From Pseudomonadota bacterium (lineage in GTDB: Archaea; Thermoplasmatota; SW-10-69-26; JACQPN01; JAJPHT01): a DNA stretch of 64,000 nt. The stretch is from contig JAJPHT010000029.1 in NCBI GenBank assembly GCA_021325135.1, positions 1 through 64,000 of the forward strand, given 5' to 3'. A program made the position numbers and the translations under genes. Numbering within the stretch: position 1 is the first letter of the stretch; the number at the start of each line of letters is the position of its first letter. This document shows positions 1-8,314 of this stretch, in pieces. The notes under the pieces were generated by a model, which had not been told where the DNA came from, did no database searches, and was given only the letters and a program-made list of their open reading frames with translations.

Positions 1-2
1 CC

Positions 3-107
3 GACGTTCCCTCCTCCACCCTCGCCGGCTTCTCCAACATGACCGGCATCCTGGCCTTCTGCGCGACGAAGAACCTCAGCGTGGGCGGCGCCTACCGCGT
101 CCGCTGA
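3..107 (+). CDS. 3' end of a CDS entering from the left edge (…DVPSSTLAGFSNMTGILAFCATKNLSVGGAYRVR*), function unknown
   Basis: Open frame with GC-rich third positions ending at TGA 105-107. Confidence 0.6.
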   Translation, partial: DVPSSTLAGFSNMTGILAFCATKNLSVGGAYRVR

Positions 108-268
108 ACCTCCCCTTCACGAAGCATCGGTTGGTCCCCGGCTGCGGATTGGGGTTCGCTCCCCTCCGCGGTCGTCCCCGCAGGCTTTGCATCCCCTGCG
201 GGAATGGTTCGCAAGATCGGTCCCAGTCTCCGGCGCTTTTCAGCGGGCGCCGGGGGAATTCTCGGTGT

Positions 269-709
269 TCACGGCCGCGCTTCGAGGATCTGCTTGAGGC
301 GCGCGAGGTCCTTCTGGTTGGCGCGGCGCATGGCGCTGGCCATGGCGGGGGCGGCGATCCGGGCGAAGCCTTGGGGCTCGCCGCGGTTGCGCAGGGTCAT
401 GCGCGTGGCGCCGTCACCTTCGGGGGTCCACGTGTAGGTGGTCTCCATGGGGAAGGGGCCTTCGGCGGTGCGCATGACGAGGCGCTCGCCCGGGGCGAAG
501 TCGGTGACCTCGTAGGTGTAGGCGAGGCGTCGTCCGAGGAAGCGGGCGGTGAACGCGATGCGCGAGCCGACGCGCAGCGGGGGTGGGGTCTCCCAGCGGG
601 CGGAGACGATGTTGACGTACCAGGCGGGGGCGTTCGCGGGGTCGGCGGCGTAGGCGGCCACCTCGGCGGGCGGGCGCGCGATCACGGTCTCGGTGAGGAC
701 GTCGACCAT
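269..709 (-). CDS. SRPBCC (START/polyketide cyclase-like) family protein
   Basis: IARPPAEVAAYAADPANAPAW N-terminal motif, C-terminal helix 'ANQKDLARLKQILE'; 6 nt downstream of ribH. Confidence 0.85.
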   Translation of the reverse strand: MVDVLTETVIARPPAEVAAYAADPANAPAWYVNIVSARWETPPPLRVGSRIAFTARFLGRRLAYTYEVTDFAPGERLVMRTAEGPFPMETTYTWTPEGDGATRMTLRNRGEPQGFARIAAPAMASAMRRANQKDLARLKQILEARP

Positions 710-715
710 GGGGCC

Positions 716-1123
716 TCAGATGCCGGCGAGGGCGCGGTGCGTCTTGACGACGCTCTCGACGGCGTGGCGGCCCACGTCGACGCGGGCCTCGGCCTGGAGG
801 CGCGTCATGCCGGGACCGGTGATGGCGAGGCCGACGGGCTTCTCGAACTCGACGGCGAGGTCGGCGGCCTTGCGGCTGCTGTGGCCGGCGACGATCTGGT
901 CATGGCCGGTCTCGCCTTGGATGACGCAGCCGATGACGACAACCGCATCCACATCCTTGCGCTTCAGGAGCTTCTTGATGGGGAGGCTCGTGTCGAAGAC
1001 GCCCGCCGTCCACACGACGGGGCCGTTCTCCTCGCCCAGGAACTCGGCGTGGGCCTTGGCGCGCTCCAGCATCCGGGAGGTGATATCGTAATTGAACTCG
1101 GCCACAACGTATGCGATCTTCAT
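716..1123 (-). CDS. ribH: 6,7-dimethyl-8-ribityllumazine synthase
   Basis: VVAEFNYDIT, DAVVVIGCVIQGETGHD, KPVGLAITGPGMT motifs. Confidence 0.95.
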   Translation of the reverse strand: MKIAYVVAEFNYDITSRMLERAKAHAEFLGEENGPVVWTAGVFDTSLPIKKLLKRKDVDAVVVIGCVIQGETGHDQIVAGHSSRKAADLAVEFEKPVGLAITGPGMTRLQAEARVDVGRHAVESVVKTHRALAGI

Positions 1124-1124
1124 G

Positions 1125-1718
1125 TCAATGCTTCCCTGCGTTGCTGGAGCCTGATAGCTTGCTGCCGGCCTCGCTGCGCGCGCTGCCGGGGTTGGCGGGG
1201 TCGGCGCCCTTGGGCGCGTCGTAGCGCGCCTGGAACGGGTTGACGCCGGGGCGCAGCTCGCCGGTGGGGCCCACGTCGGCGTAGCCTTGGCGCTGGCCCG
1301 TGCCGGCGCGGGGGGTCAGCGCGGTGGGACCCTTGAGGAGGGCCAGCGCGTTGAGGGCGTGCTCGCTGGCGCGGTTGGCGCAGAGCGCCTCCAGCTCCTT
1401 CGCGCTCTTGGCCTCGTCGAGGTGGACGAAGACCTCGACGATGTGCTTGCCCGCGTTGATCTGCGCCCACTGGAGGCCCATGCTGGCGACGTGCGCGCTC
1501 TGCTTGTCCACCGCCTCGGGGCCGGGCATGCCGCACGCGATGCAGACGTCGCAGCCCGCGTCGAGGAGGCGCTTGCACGCGACGGCGAGGTCCTTGATGC
1601 CGGGGACGGTGTAGCGCTCGATGCGCAGGCCCGTGGCGTTGGTCTGGAGCGTGCGCACGACGATGCCGCCCATGTCGACGGACGCGAAGGTGGTGTCCAC
1701 GACCCCGATGCGGCTCAC
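1125..1718 (-). CDS. ribC: archaeal riboflavin synthase with C-terminal extension
   Basis: IGVVDTTFA, RYTVPGIKDL, GMPG, HIVEVFVHLDE, GQRQG..DVGP motifs; operon context. Confidence 0.93.
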   Translation of the reverse strand: MSRIGVVDTTFASVDMGGIVVRTLQTNATGLRIERYTVPGIKDLAVACKRLLDAGCDVCIACGMPGPEAVDKQSAHVASMGLQWAQINAGKHIVEVFVHLDEAKSAKELEALCANRASEHALNALALLKGPTALTPRAGTGQRQGYADVGPTGELRPGVNPFQARYDAPKGADPANPGSARSEAGSKLSGSSNAGKH

Positions 1719-2167
1719 GGCGCGCCCTCCTTGCCCGTGGGGTCGTAGAGGTCGAGGATGCGCCGCACGATCTTCCTCGTGCCGTTGAGGTCGTGCTCGT
1801 CGAACCTGGGGCAGCGCTGCACCTCGACGTGGCCCATGCCGCGCTTGGCCAGCTCGGCCTTGATCTCCTCGGCGCGGTGGTAGTCGTCGTAGCCCAGGGC
1901 GATGACGTCGGGCTTCACGGCGGCGACGGTGGCGTACTGGTCGACGGGGCTGCCCAGGATGGCGCTGTCCACGGGCTTCAGCGCCGCGACGAGGGCGAGG
2001 CGCTGCTCCTGCGGGATGATGGGCTGGTGCTTGCGCTTCGCGACCATGACGTCCGTCGCGACGACGACCACCAGCTCATCGCCCATCTTCTTGGCCTCGG
2101 TGAGGTAGTGGACGTGGCCCAGGTGCAGCAGGTCGAAGACGCCGGCTGCCATCACGCGCTTGGCCAT
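1715..2167 (-). CDS. ribL: archaeal FAD synthase (cytidylyltransferase family)
   Basis: GVFDLLHLGHVHYL (HxGH), PDVIALGYD; between ribB and ribC; alternative GTG start at 2176. Confidence 0.9.
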   Translation of the reverse strand: MAKRVMAAGVFDLLHLGHVHYLTEAKKMGDELVVVVATDVMVAKRKHQPIIPQEQRLALVAALKPVDSAILGSPVDQYATVAAVKPDVIALGYDDYHRAEEIKAELAKRGMGHVEVQRCPRFDEHDLNGTRKIVRRILDLYDPTGKEGAP

Positions 2168-2172
2168 CGGGG

Positions 2173-2886
2173 TCACGCACGAGCGGTGGCCGCTTCAAGC
2201 TTGACCCAGGCCTGCTCGACGTCCTGGCCGTGGAGGAGGACGCCGCTGTGCTGGTCGGCCCAGCGCTGCGCGTCCGCGACGCGGCGCGCCTTGCCGTCGT
2301 CGGCGAGCATCTCGGCGCCCACGACGACGGGGGTGATGCCGGCGAGGCGCGCGAGGGCGACGGCGATCTCGGTGTGCCCCTTGCGGTCGTGGAGGAGGCG
2401 CGTGGCGCCGACGCAGAGGTGGACGTGGCCGGGCGCGCGGAAGGCCTTGCCGAAGGCGTCCAGCACGGCGGGCTGGGGCTCGACGAGGGCGCGGCGGGCG
2501 AGCTTGCCGAACTCGCCCACGGTGAGGGCGCGGTCGTTGTCGGTGATGCCGGTGAACGTCTGGCGGTGGTTGAGGGTGAGGCTGAAGCTGGAGCGCGTGT
2601 CGTAGCGGATGTCGTTGGGGATGAGGCGCTTGAGCACCGGGTGCCGACCGCTGTCCTCGGCGTAGAGGTCCTGGAGGAAGGGCAGCTCCAGCGCGGCGCC
2701 CACCCGGGGATCGACCGCGAGGAAGACGAGGCCGCCGGCATCCTGCCTCAGCGCGCGGATCTGCGCGGGCGTCGCGGTCTCGGCGGCGAAGAAGAGGTCG
2801 CACTCCTCCTCGCGGCCGTCGGCGTCGTAGAGGAGCACGGGTCGGCCCGCGCGGAGGTTCGCGCAGGCCTGGTCGAGGGTGGACAC
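2173..2886 (-). CDS. ribB: 3,4-dihydroxy-2-butanone-4-phosphate synthase
   Basis: YDADGREEECD, SSFSLTLNHR, TGITDNDRALT, FRAPGHV, GHTE, EML motifs. Confidence 0.95.
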   Translation of the reverse strand: MSTLDQACANLRAGRPVLLYDADGREEECDLFFAAETATPAQIRALRQDAGGLVFLAVDPRVGAALELPFLQDLYAEDSGRHPVLKRLIPNDIRYDTRSSFSLTLNHRQTFTGITDNDRALTVGEFGKLARRALVEPQPAVLDAFGKAFRAPGHVHLCVGATRLLHDRKGHTEIAVALARLAGITPVVVGAEMLADDGKARRVADAQRWADQHSGVLLHGQDVEQAWVKLEAATARA

Positions 2887-2940
2887 AAGGGGTCCAACCC
2901 CCGTTGGAGTTTCAAGGTTGGGTAATTACCCAAAAAGACG

Positions 2941-3135
2941 TTAGACGACGTCCTGCTGGAGGCGGTAGCGCGTGACGTAGCCCGCGATGCGGTTGCGCAT
3001 GGCCTTGCCCTGGATCTCGGCCAGTTCGTCCACGGCCTTCTTGTTGTGGTCGAAGTCGGCGGTGAAGCGGTCGGGGAAGCGCTCGACGAGCTCGATGGCG
3101 ACGCGCTTGATGTAGGTCGGACGGATGTTGCCCAT
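2941..3135 (-). CDS. rps17e: 30S ribosomal protein S17e
   Basis: [11 protein letters not shown]…FTADFDHNK…[10 protein letters not shown]. Confidence 0.96.
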   Translation of the reverse strand: MGNIRPTYIKRVAIELVERFPDRFTADFDHNKKAVDELAEIQGKAMRNRIAGYVTRYRLQQDVV

Positions 3136-3252
3136 GGGGTTCACCTGCCCGGGGGGCCGAGGCCCTGGCCTTTCCGCGCAGAAGTCCGCGCGGACGCTCC
3201 CGGTGCGAGCCGCCGAAGCCGGCCCGCCCTCATAAGCCCTTCGGGCGCGGGC

Positions 3253-3450
3253 TCACGCCCGCTTCAGCACCGGCATGCCCGTGGTGGGCACGATCTTCAC
3301 CGAGAAGCCGGGGGGCATGTCGGCGGGCGTGCCGCTCTTGGGCTCGCCGCGGCTGAAGAAGTAGATCGTCTGGTCGCGGCCGCCGTTGAGACGGACCTCG
3401 CGGCGGTAGAGCGTCCATTGCCCCTTGTCGGTCTGGTGATTGTAGACCAT
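3253..3450 (-). CDS. small (65 aa) hypothetical protein
   Basis: ATG 3450 preceded by GAGGAGGT Shine-Dalgarno-like sequence; protein-like sequence (QTIYFFS…TGMPVLKR). Confidence 0.8.
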   Translation of the reverse strand: MVYNHQTDKGQWTLYRREVRLNGGRDQTIYFFSRGEPKSGTPADMPPGFSVKIVPTTGMPVLKRA

Positions 3451-3535
3451 GACAGACCTCCTCAAGGGGGCAACGCCGCCGAGGGGTCCTAAGGATGCCG
3501 GAAAACGTCGGTCCGTCGGCGCCGGAACGAGGGGC

Positions 3536-4501
3536 CTATCCACCCAGCGCGGCCGCCACCATGAGGGGCAGGATCACCGTGGCGTCCCCCTCGACGTTGA
3601 CCAGGCGCGCGTCCTCCTTGACCTTGCCCCACGAGATGGCCTCCTCCAGGCGCGCGCCGCTGAGGCTGCCGTCGTGCTCCACCGCGGTCGTGACGTAGAC
3701 CGCGTAGTCGAGCCCGCCGCGGAACTGGCTCCACCAGATGACGTGGTGCTTGCTGATGCCGCCGCCCACCATGAGCGCGCCAAGCTCCTCCGCCTCGAAC
3801 GCCAGGTCGCTCAAGGCCTGCTCGTCGGCCAGGAGGTCGAAGCCGATGGCGCGGTCGTGCTGATAGCGCGACCAGACCTGGCTCCCCACGCTGCCGTCGG
3901 TGGGCCCCGGCACGAAGACGGGGACGTCCCGCTCGGCGCACGCGCGCAGGATGGAGCCCTCGCTGTGCGGCTCGCGCGCGAGGCGCAGCCCCAGCTCGCG
4001 CGTGAAGTCCTTCGTGCTCCACCGCTTGCGATCGGAGAACATCTCCGCGAGCCACGGCTGCAGGCGCTCCTCCAGGATCTCGCCGTAGCTCTCGTTGGGC
4101 ACCAGCACGTTGCCCAGCCGGTTGACCTCCTCGCGGTGCAGCATGCGGTCGTCCAGGTCGAAGCTGCCGTGGTAGTAGTCGCGCCACGTCCGCGCCAGGT
4201 CGTGGTCCAGCGTGCCGCACGTGGTCACGATGGCGTCCACCATGCCTTCGCGCACCATGCCGGCCAGCACGCCGCGGACCCCTGTTGCACACAGCGCCGC
4301 GGGGAAGGAGAGGATGCGCGTCACGTTCTCCGCGCGGTGCATGCGCCGGAGGATCTCCGCGCCCAGGGCCAGCTTCTTCGCGCTGAACGCGCTGGCCTCG
4401 CCCATCTGCGCGACGAGGTCCGCCGCGCCCATGCCCGGACGGATCGCCATGTCCTTGACCGGCGTGAGATGCGCGCGGACGCCCTTGGGGTCCCTGCTCA
4501 T
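3536..4501 (-). CDS. dys: deoxyhypusine synthase
   Basis: IVTTCGTLDHD, NRLGNVLVP, TDGSVG, GGGISKHH, DGSLSGA..EEAISWGK, EGDAT. Confidence 0.96.
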   Translation of the reverse strand: MSRDPKGVRAHLTPVKDMAIRPGMGAADLVAQMGEASAFSAKKLALGAEILRRMHRAENVTRILSFPAALCATGVRGVLAGMVREGMVDAIVTTCGTLDHDLARTWRDYYHGSFDLDDRMLHREEVNRLGNVLVPNESYGEILEERLQPWLAEMFSDRKRWSTKDFTRELGLRLAREPHSEGSILRACAERDVPVFVPGPTDGSVGSQVWSRYQHDRAIGFDLLADEQALSDLAFEAEELGALMVGGGISKHHVIWWSQFRGGLDYAVYVTTAVEHDGSLSGARLEEAISWGKVKEDARLVNVEGDATVILPLMVAAALGG

Positions 4502-4585
4502 GGGCCGCCCACCGCCCGTCCCCCGAAAAGGATTATCGATGCCCCGGCCGGAAGAGGGAATGCGCCCAGGCCTCCAGCGCCCCCC

Positions 4586-4912
4586 ATGGGAGCGACCCGA
4601 TTGGCCCTCTACCTGCTGGGCCTGCTCATCGTCGTCGTCGCCGCGTGGGTGTTCCTCACCCAGACGCCCTTCGGGCGCACGATCCCCGCGAGCCTCGCGC
4701 TCGTGCTGATCCTGCTGCTCGTGGGCATCGGCGTCATGGCGGCGGCCAACGGCATCAACGACACCCGCGTCACGCGCCGCGTCATGCGCCAGGGCACGGC
4801 CCCGTACCCGCCGCCCCCGGCGACCTACGAGCGCCGCGTCTACGACACGCGCTACGAGCCCGAGCCCCCCGTCGAGGGGGAGACCGTCGTGGACGAGCGA
4901 AGGTTCGACTGA
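4586..4912 (+). CDS. small two-TM membrane protein with Pro/Tyr-rich tail
   Basis: Two hydrophobic helices from ATG 4586; good codon bias; divergent from dys. Confidence 0.75.
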   Translation: MGATRLALYLLGLLIVVVAAWVFLTQTPFGRTIPASLALVLILLLVGIGVMAAANGINDTRVTRRVMRQGTAPYPPPPATYERRVYDTRYEPEPPVEGETVVDERRFD

Positions 4913-5365
4913 TCAGAGGCGACGCTGCGCAGGCACGAAGGAAATCTGCCCGCCGCCCTCGGCGCGGGCGACCTTCGCCTGGAAGACGTAGTGGTGCGGC
5001 ACGCGCATCTCGCGCCCCGTCCACCAGGGGCAGCGCGTGCAGCGGTAGCCCGTCTGCGCCGTGGCGCCCGTGAGCGTCCGGTTGGCGGTGCGCCGCAGCT
5101 TGGAATGGCACACGGGGCAGCGTTCCAGGTCGGGGGTGGGGCCGTCGCTGCGCGTGCGCACCGTGAGCCCCACGAGGCCGCTGCGCACTGCGAGCACGCG
5201 CACGCGCGCGGGCGTCACGGCCGCGCCGCGGCGCTTGAGCTGGCGGTTCACCAATTCGGCGAGGCGCGTCTGCGACGCCACGGTGCCCTCCTCCAGGATC
5301 ACCTTCACGAGGATGGCGACGACCTCCTCGTCCTTGAGGCGCTTGCGGGGCGCGGGCTCGGCCAC
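4913..5365 (-). CDS. hypothetical protein with helical N-terminus and C-terminal zinc ribbon
   Basis: CPVC…CTRC pairs; GTG start ~24 nt after a TATA-like GATAAG box. Confidence 0.75.
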   Translation of the reverse strand: MAEPAPRKRLKDEEVVAILVKVILEEGTVASQTRLAELVNRQLKRRGAAVTPARVRVLAVRSGLVGLTVRTRSDGPTPDLERCPVCHSKLRRTANRTLTGATAQTGYRCTRCPWWTGREMRVPHHYVFQAKVARAEGGGQISFVPAQRRL

Positions 5366-5403
5366 GAGGCCCCACGAGCCAGGCCGCTTATCGCCCTTGC
5401 GGA

Positions 5404-6183
5404 CTACGCCTTGACGTAGGGCAGCAGGTCGCCCCGCGTCACGATGCCGGCCACGCGCTCGCCGCGGAGCACCGGGAGGCACCCCACGTCCTCGCGCTTC
5501 ATGGTGCGCGCGGCCTCGGTCACCGTCGTCTCCGGGGCGCCCGTGGTGACGGCGCGCGTCATGATGTCCTCCACGAGGAAGCGCTGGAGAGCGGCGGGCT
5601 GGTGCTTGTCGGCGACGCTGTCCTTGAAGCGCGCGAGCCCCGTGGCGACGTCCATCTCGCCCACGACGCCCACGAGGCGCCCGCCCTCCAGCACCGGGAG
5701 GCGCTCGACGTGGTGATCCACCATCATGCGACGCGCGTGGATGACGCGGTCGCTGGGCGCCACGACGTGGAGCGTCTTCGTCATGACCTCCTCCAGCGTC
5801 CTCGTCGACTCGACGTGGGGGAGCAGGTCGCTGCACGTGACGACGCCCACGCACGTCGAGTCGTGGAGCACGGGGAGGAGGCCCGCGTCGTCCTCGGAGA
5901 GGAGCTGGCGCACCTGGACGATCTCGGTCTCGGGCCCCACGGTGGCGAAGCGCTTGCGCATGGCGGAAGAGACGTGGAGGTGGCTCGCGGGCACGCCGCG
6001 GTTCTTGATGGCGCCAAGCTCGTCGGCGACGTCGCCGTCCACCAGGAGGCCGATGACCGCGCCGCGCTCCAGGACGACGAGCTTGCTCACGCGGTGCTTC
6101 CGCATGGTCTCCAGCACCCAGTCGAGGCGCTCGTCCTTGTCCGTGGTGATGGGCGATCGCGTCATGACGTCCTTGGCTCGCAT
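5404..6183 (-). CDS. CBS-domain protein (four CBS repeats)
   Basis: Repeated VMT/IMT…LPVL…GVV/GIV motifs. Confidence 0.92.
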   Translation of the reverse strand: MRAKDVMTRSPITTDKDERLDWVLETMRKHRVSKLVVLERGAVIGLLVDGDVADELGAIKNRGVPASHLHVSSAMRKRFATVGPETEIVQVRQLLSEDDAGLLPVLHDSTCVGVVTCSDLLPHVESTRTLEEVMTKTLHVVAPSDRVIHARRMMVDHHVERLPVLEGGRLVGVVGEMDVATGLARFKDSVADKHQPAALQRFLVEDIMTRAVTTGAPETTVTEAARTMKREDVGCLPVLRGERVAGIVTRGDLLPYVKA

Positions 6184-6301
6184 CGGGCTCCCACGCCCAT
6201 GCCCCGCGAGCGTGCAAATAGGCTTGCGCCCGATCCCCACTTTCGTTCCACTCTCCCCAAAAGCCAAGCTGCGCGCCCCCGCTGCCCGCTCGGGAAGCAC
6301 C

Positions 6302-6811
6302 TTGAGCAGCGTCTACGAGCGCGAACTGAAAGGCATCCTCAGCGGCGACGAGGACGCCATCCGCCGCTCCACGAAGACCTGCTCCCCCGAGGAGGCCGCC
6401 TCCTACCTCAAGGCGCGCCACCGCCCCTTCCTCGTCGTGCGCGGCGCGGGCTCGCTGGGCGTCGACCTCGTCGCCCTGCGCGGCGACGTCAGCTTCCCCA
6501 TCGAGGTGAAGAGCGCCAGCGCCGACGTCATCCACTTCGCGGACGGCAGCAAGCGCAACCAGGACCAGGCGGACGCCATGCAGAAGGAGTGCAGCCGCGC
6601 CTCGGTCATCCCCCTCTACGCCTTCCGCAGGAAAGGCGTGCGCGGCGACTCGTGGCGCGTCCACACGCTCCCCACCGATAACCTCCCCCCGCGCATCGCG
6701 GTCCTCTACGACCGCATCCCCAAGGTGGAACGGACCGAGAAGGGCAACTACGTCCTGCGCTGGCAGAACGGACTGCCCCTCTCGAAGTTCGTCGAGTACC
6801 TCTGTGGATAG
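6302..6811 (+). CDS. hjc: archaeal Holliday junction resolvase (Hjc family)
   Basis: YERELK…VVRGAGS..DLVAL…IEVKS PD-(D/E)xK pattern; TTG start inferred. Confidence 0.85.
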   Translation: MSSVYERELKGILSGDEDAIRRSTKTCSPEEAASYLKARHRPFLVVRGAGSLGVDLVALRGDVSFPIEVKSASADVIHFADGSKRNQDQADAMQKECSRASVIPLYAFRRKGVRGDSWRVHTLPTDNLPPRIAVLYDRIPKVERTEKGNYVLRWQNGLPLSKFVEYLCG

Positions 6812-6899
6812 GGGGGTTTCAGGGGGCGCAGCCCCCTGACGTTTCGGTCGTCTGCTGGAACGGATATCACGTCAGGGGGCTGCGCCCCCCGAACCCCCC
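6811..6899. repeat. REP/REPIN-like inverted repeat with palindromic arms
   Basis: 6811-6841 is complementary to 6870-6899 apart from a one-base indel and a mismatch; each arm contains a GGGGGC-n3-GCCCCC palindrome. Confidence 0.85.
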
Positions 6900-6939
6900 G
6901 CGTTTGGCCGCGCTGCGGCGCGGCCGGACGCTTCACTGG

Positions 6940-7285
6940 CGCAGAAAGGCCGAGGACACGACGCTGCGGGGGCCGCCCTCCGACAACGAAAGCCCGGGTC
7001 TCGCTCCAGGACGACGCATCGTCCGGGGCCGGTCCCTGGTGGATCGGCTTGGCCTTCGCGGCACTTCGGCGAAGGTGCGATTTGGGGCTCGCTCAGATGA
7101 GGGGGGCTCGGAGCCTCGTGGCCCGCGTTTCTTGGGCGACGAGGGGCTCGCGCGTGTCCTCGCCCCTCTCTTGGCGCCTCCCAAGCAAATGCCTGTCGGC
7201 GCGCCGGTTCTGGGCCCGCCCGCCACGGCACGGGCCCGTCACGGCGACGGGCGCCGCCGAACGTGTTGAGTAGGACCTGCGAGAG
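6940..7285 (+). ncRNA. candidate large structured non-coding RNA (family unknown)
   Basis: Contiguous nested helices, long-range pairings, + strand G-U wobbles, no credible ORF in a ~560-bp convergent gap. Confidence 0.5.
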
Positions 7286-7369
7286 AGACCTTCCGGGCGC
7301 CTATCCTCCCCCGGGCGCCCGGCGGTTGGGAGGCGGGCGACCGCACGCCCGGCCCTCCGCCTTCCGCTC

Positions 7370-8314
7370 CTACGCGCCCTTCTGCTTCTTGACCGCGTTG
7401 TTCAGCGCGGGCAGCACCTTGTAGAGGTCCCCCACGATGCCGTAGTCGGCCATCTTGAAGATGGGCGCGTCCTTGTTGGTGTTGACGGCCACGATGAGCT
7501 TCGAGTTGCGGATGCCCGTCGTGTGCTGGATCTGGCCGCTGATGCCCGCGGCGATGTAGACCTTGGGCTTGACCTCCTTGCCGGAGAGGCCGATCCAGTA
7601 CTCGTCGGTGAGCCAGCCCAGGTCGGTGGCCAGGGGGCGGCTGCACCCGACCTGCCCGCCCAGGGTGGCGGCGAGGTCGAAGGCGAGCTTGAGGTCGTCC
7701 TTGGACTTGAAGCCGCGACCGGCGCCCACGACGATGGGTGCGGCCTCCAGGTTGACGCCGCTCTCCTTGCGCGGCTTCTTGGCGACGACCTTGACCTTGC
7801 TCTCGCGCACGTCGCCCGCGAGCTTGGCGACCTCGCCCTTGACGCTGGGGTTCGCCGGAAGCGGCTCGAAGAGGCGCGCGGGGAAGGTGGCGATGGCGAT
7901 GTCGGTCTGCGGGACCTCGGTGGCCAGCGTCTTGCCGCCCAGGAACATGCGCTCGAAGACGAGCTTGCCGTTCTCGCTGCGCGCCTTCTGCGCGAGGGTC
8001 ACGACGCCCGCGCGGAGCTTGACGCCCAGGCGCGGCGCGATCTCCTTGCCGCGGCGGCCGCCGCTGAGGAAGACCGCCTTGGCGTCCACCTGCTTGACCG
8101 CGTCCGCCAGCGCGTCGGTCATGGGGCCCGCCTGTATGTCCTTGAGGTTGGGCTGCTCCGCGACGAGCACCTTCGCGGCGCCGTGCTGGATGTAGGCCTG
8201 GGCGTCGCCCGCGCCGACGTGCAGCACGACGGGCGTCAAGCCAAGCTCCTTCGTCTTGGCGATGATCTCGAAGGCCTGGCGCGGCTCGGGGGCCCAGACG
8301 ATGGCGTTGGCCAT
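7370..8314 (-). CDS. etfA: electron transfer flavoprotein alpha subunit
   Basis: IVVGAGRG, VGCSRPL, IGLSG..VKPKVYIAAGISGQIQH, VNTNKDAPIF..ADYGIVGD. Confidence 0.96.
   Translation of the reverse strand: MANAIVWAPEPRQAFEIIAKTKELGLTPVVLHVGAGDAQAYIQHGAAKVLVAEQPNLKDIQAGPMTDALADAVKQVDAKAVFLSGGRRGKEIAPRLGVKLRAGVVTLAQKARSENGKLVFERMFLGGKTLATEVPQTDIAIATFPARLFEPLPANPSVKGEVAKLAGDVRESKVKVVAKKPRKESGVNLEAAPIVVGAGRGFKSKDDLKLAFDLAATLGGQVGCSRPLATDLGWLTDEYWIGLSGKEVKPKVYIAAGISGQIQHTTGIRNSKLIVAVNTNKDAPIFKMADYGIVGDLYKVLPALNNAVKKQKGA

Noticed and set aside
6872-7273. Short ORFs on both strands across the hjc-etfA gap
   Set aside because: No codon bias, motif or start context; the region is better explained by RNA structure.
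6940-7290. Identification of the structured region as RNase P RNA or SRP RNA
   Set aside because: No GAGGAA-n-UCC / ACAGAA P4 elements and no SRP helix-8 CAGG..GGAA..AGCA motif on either strand.
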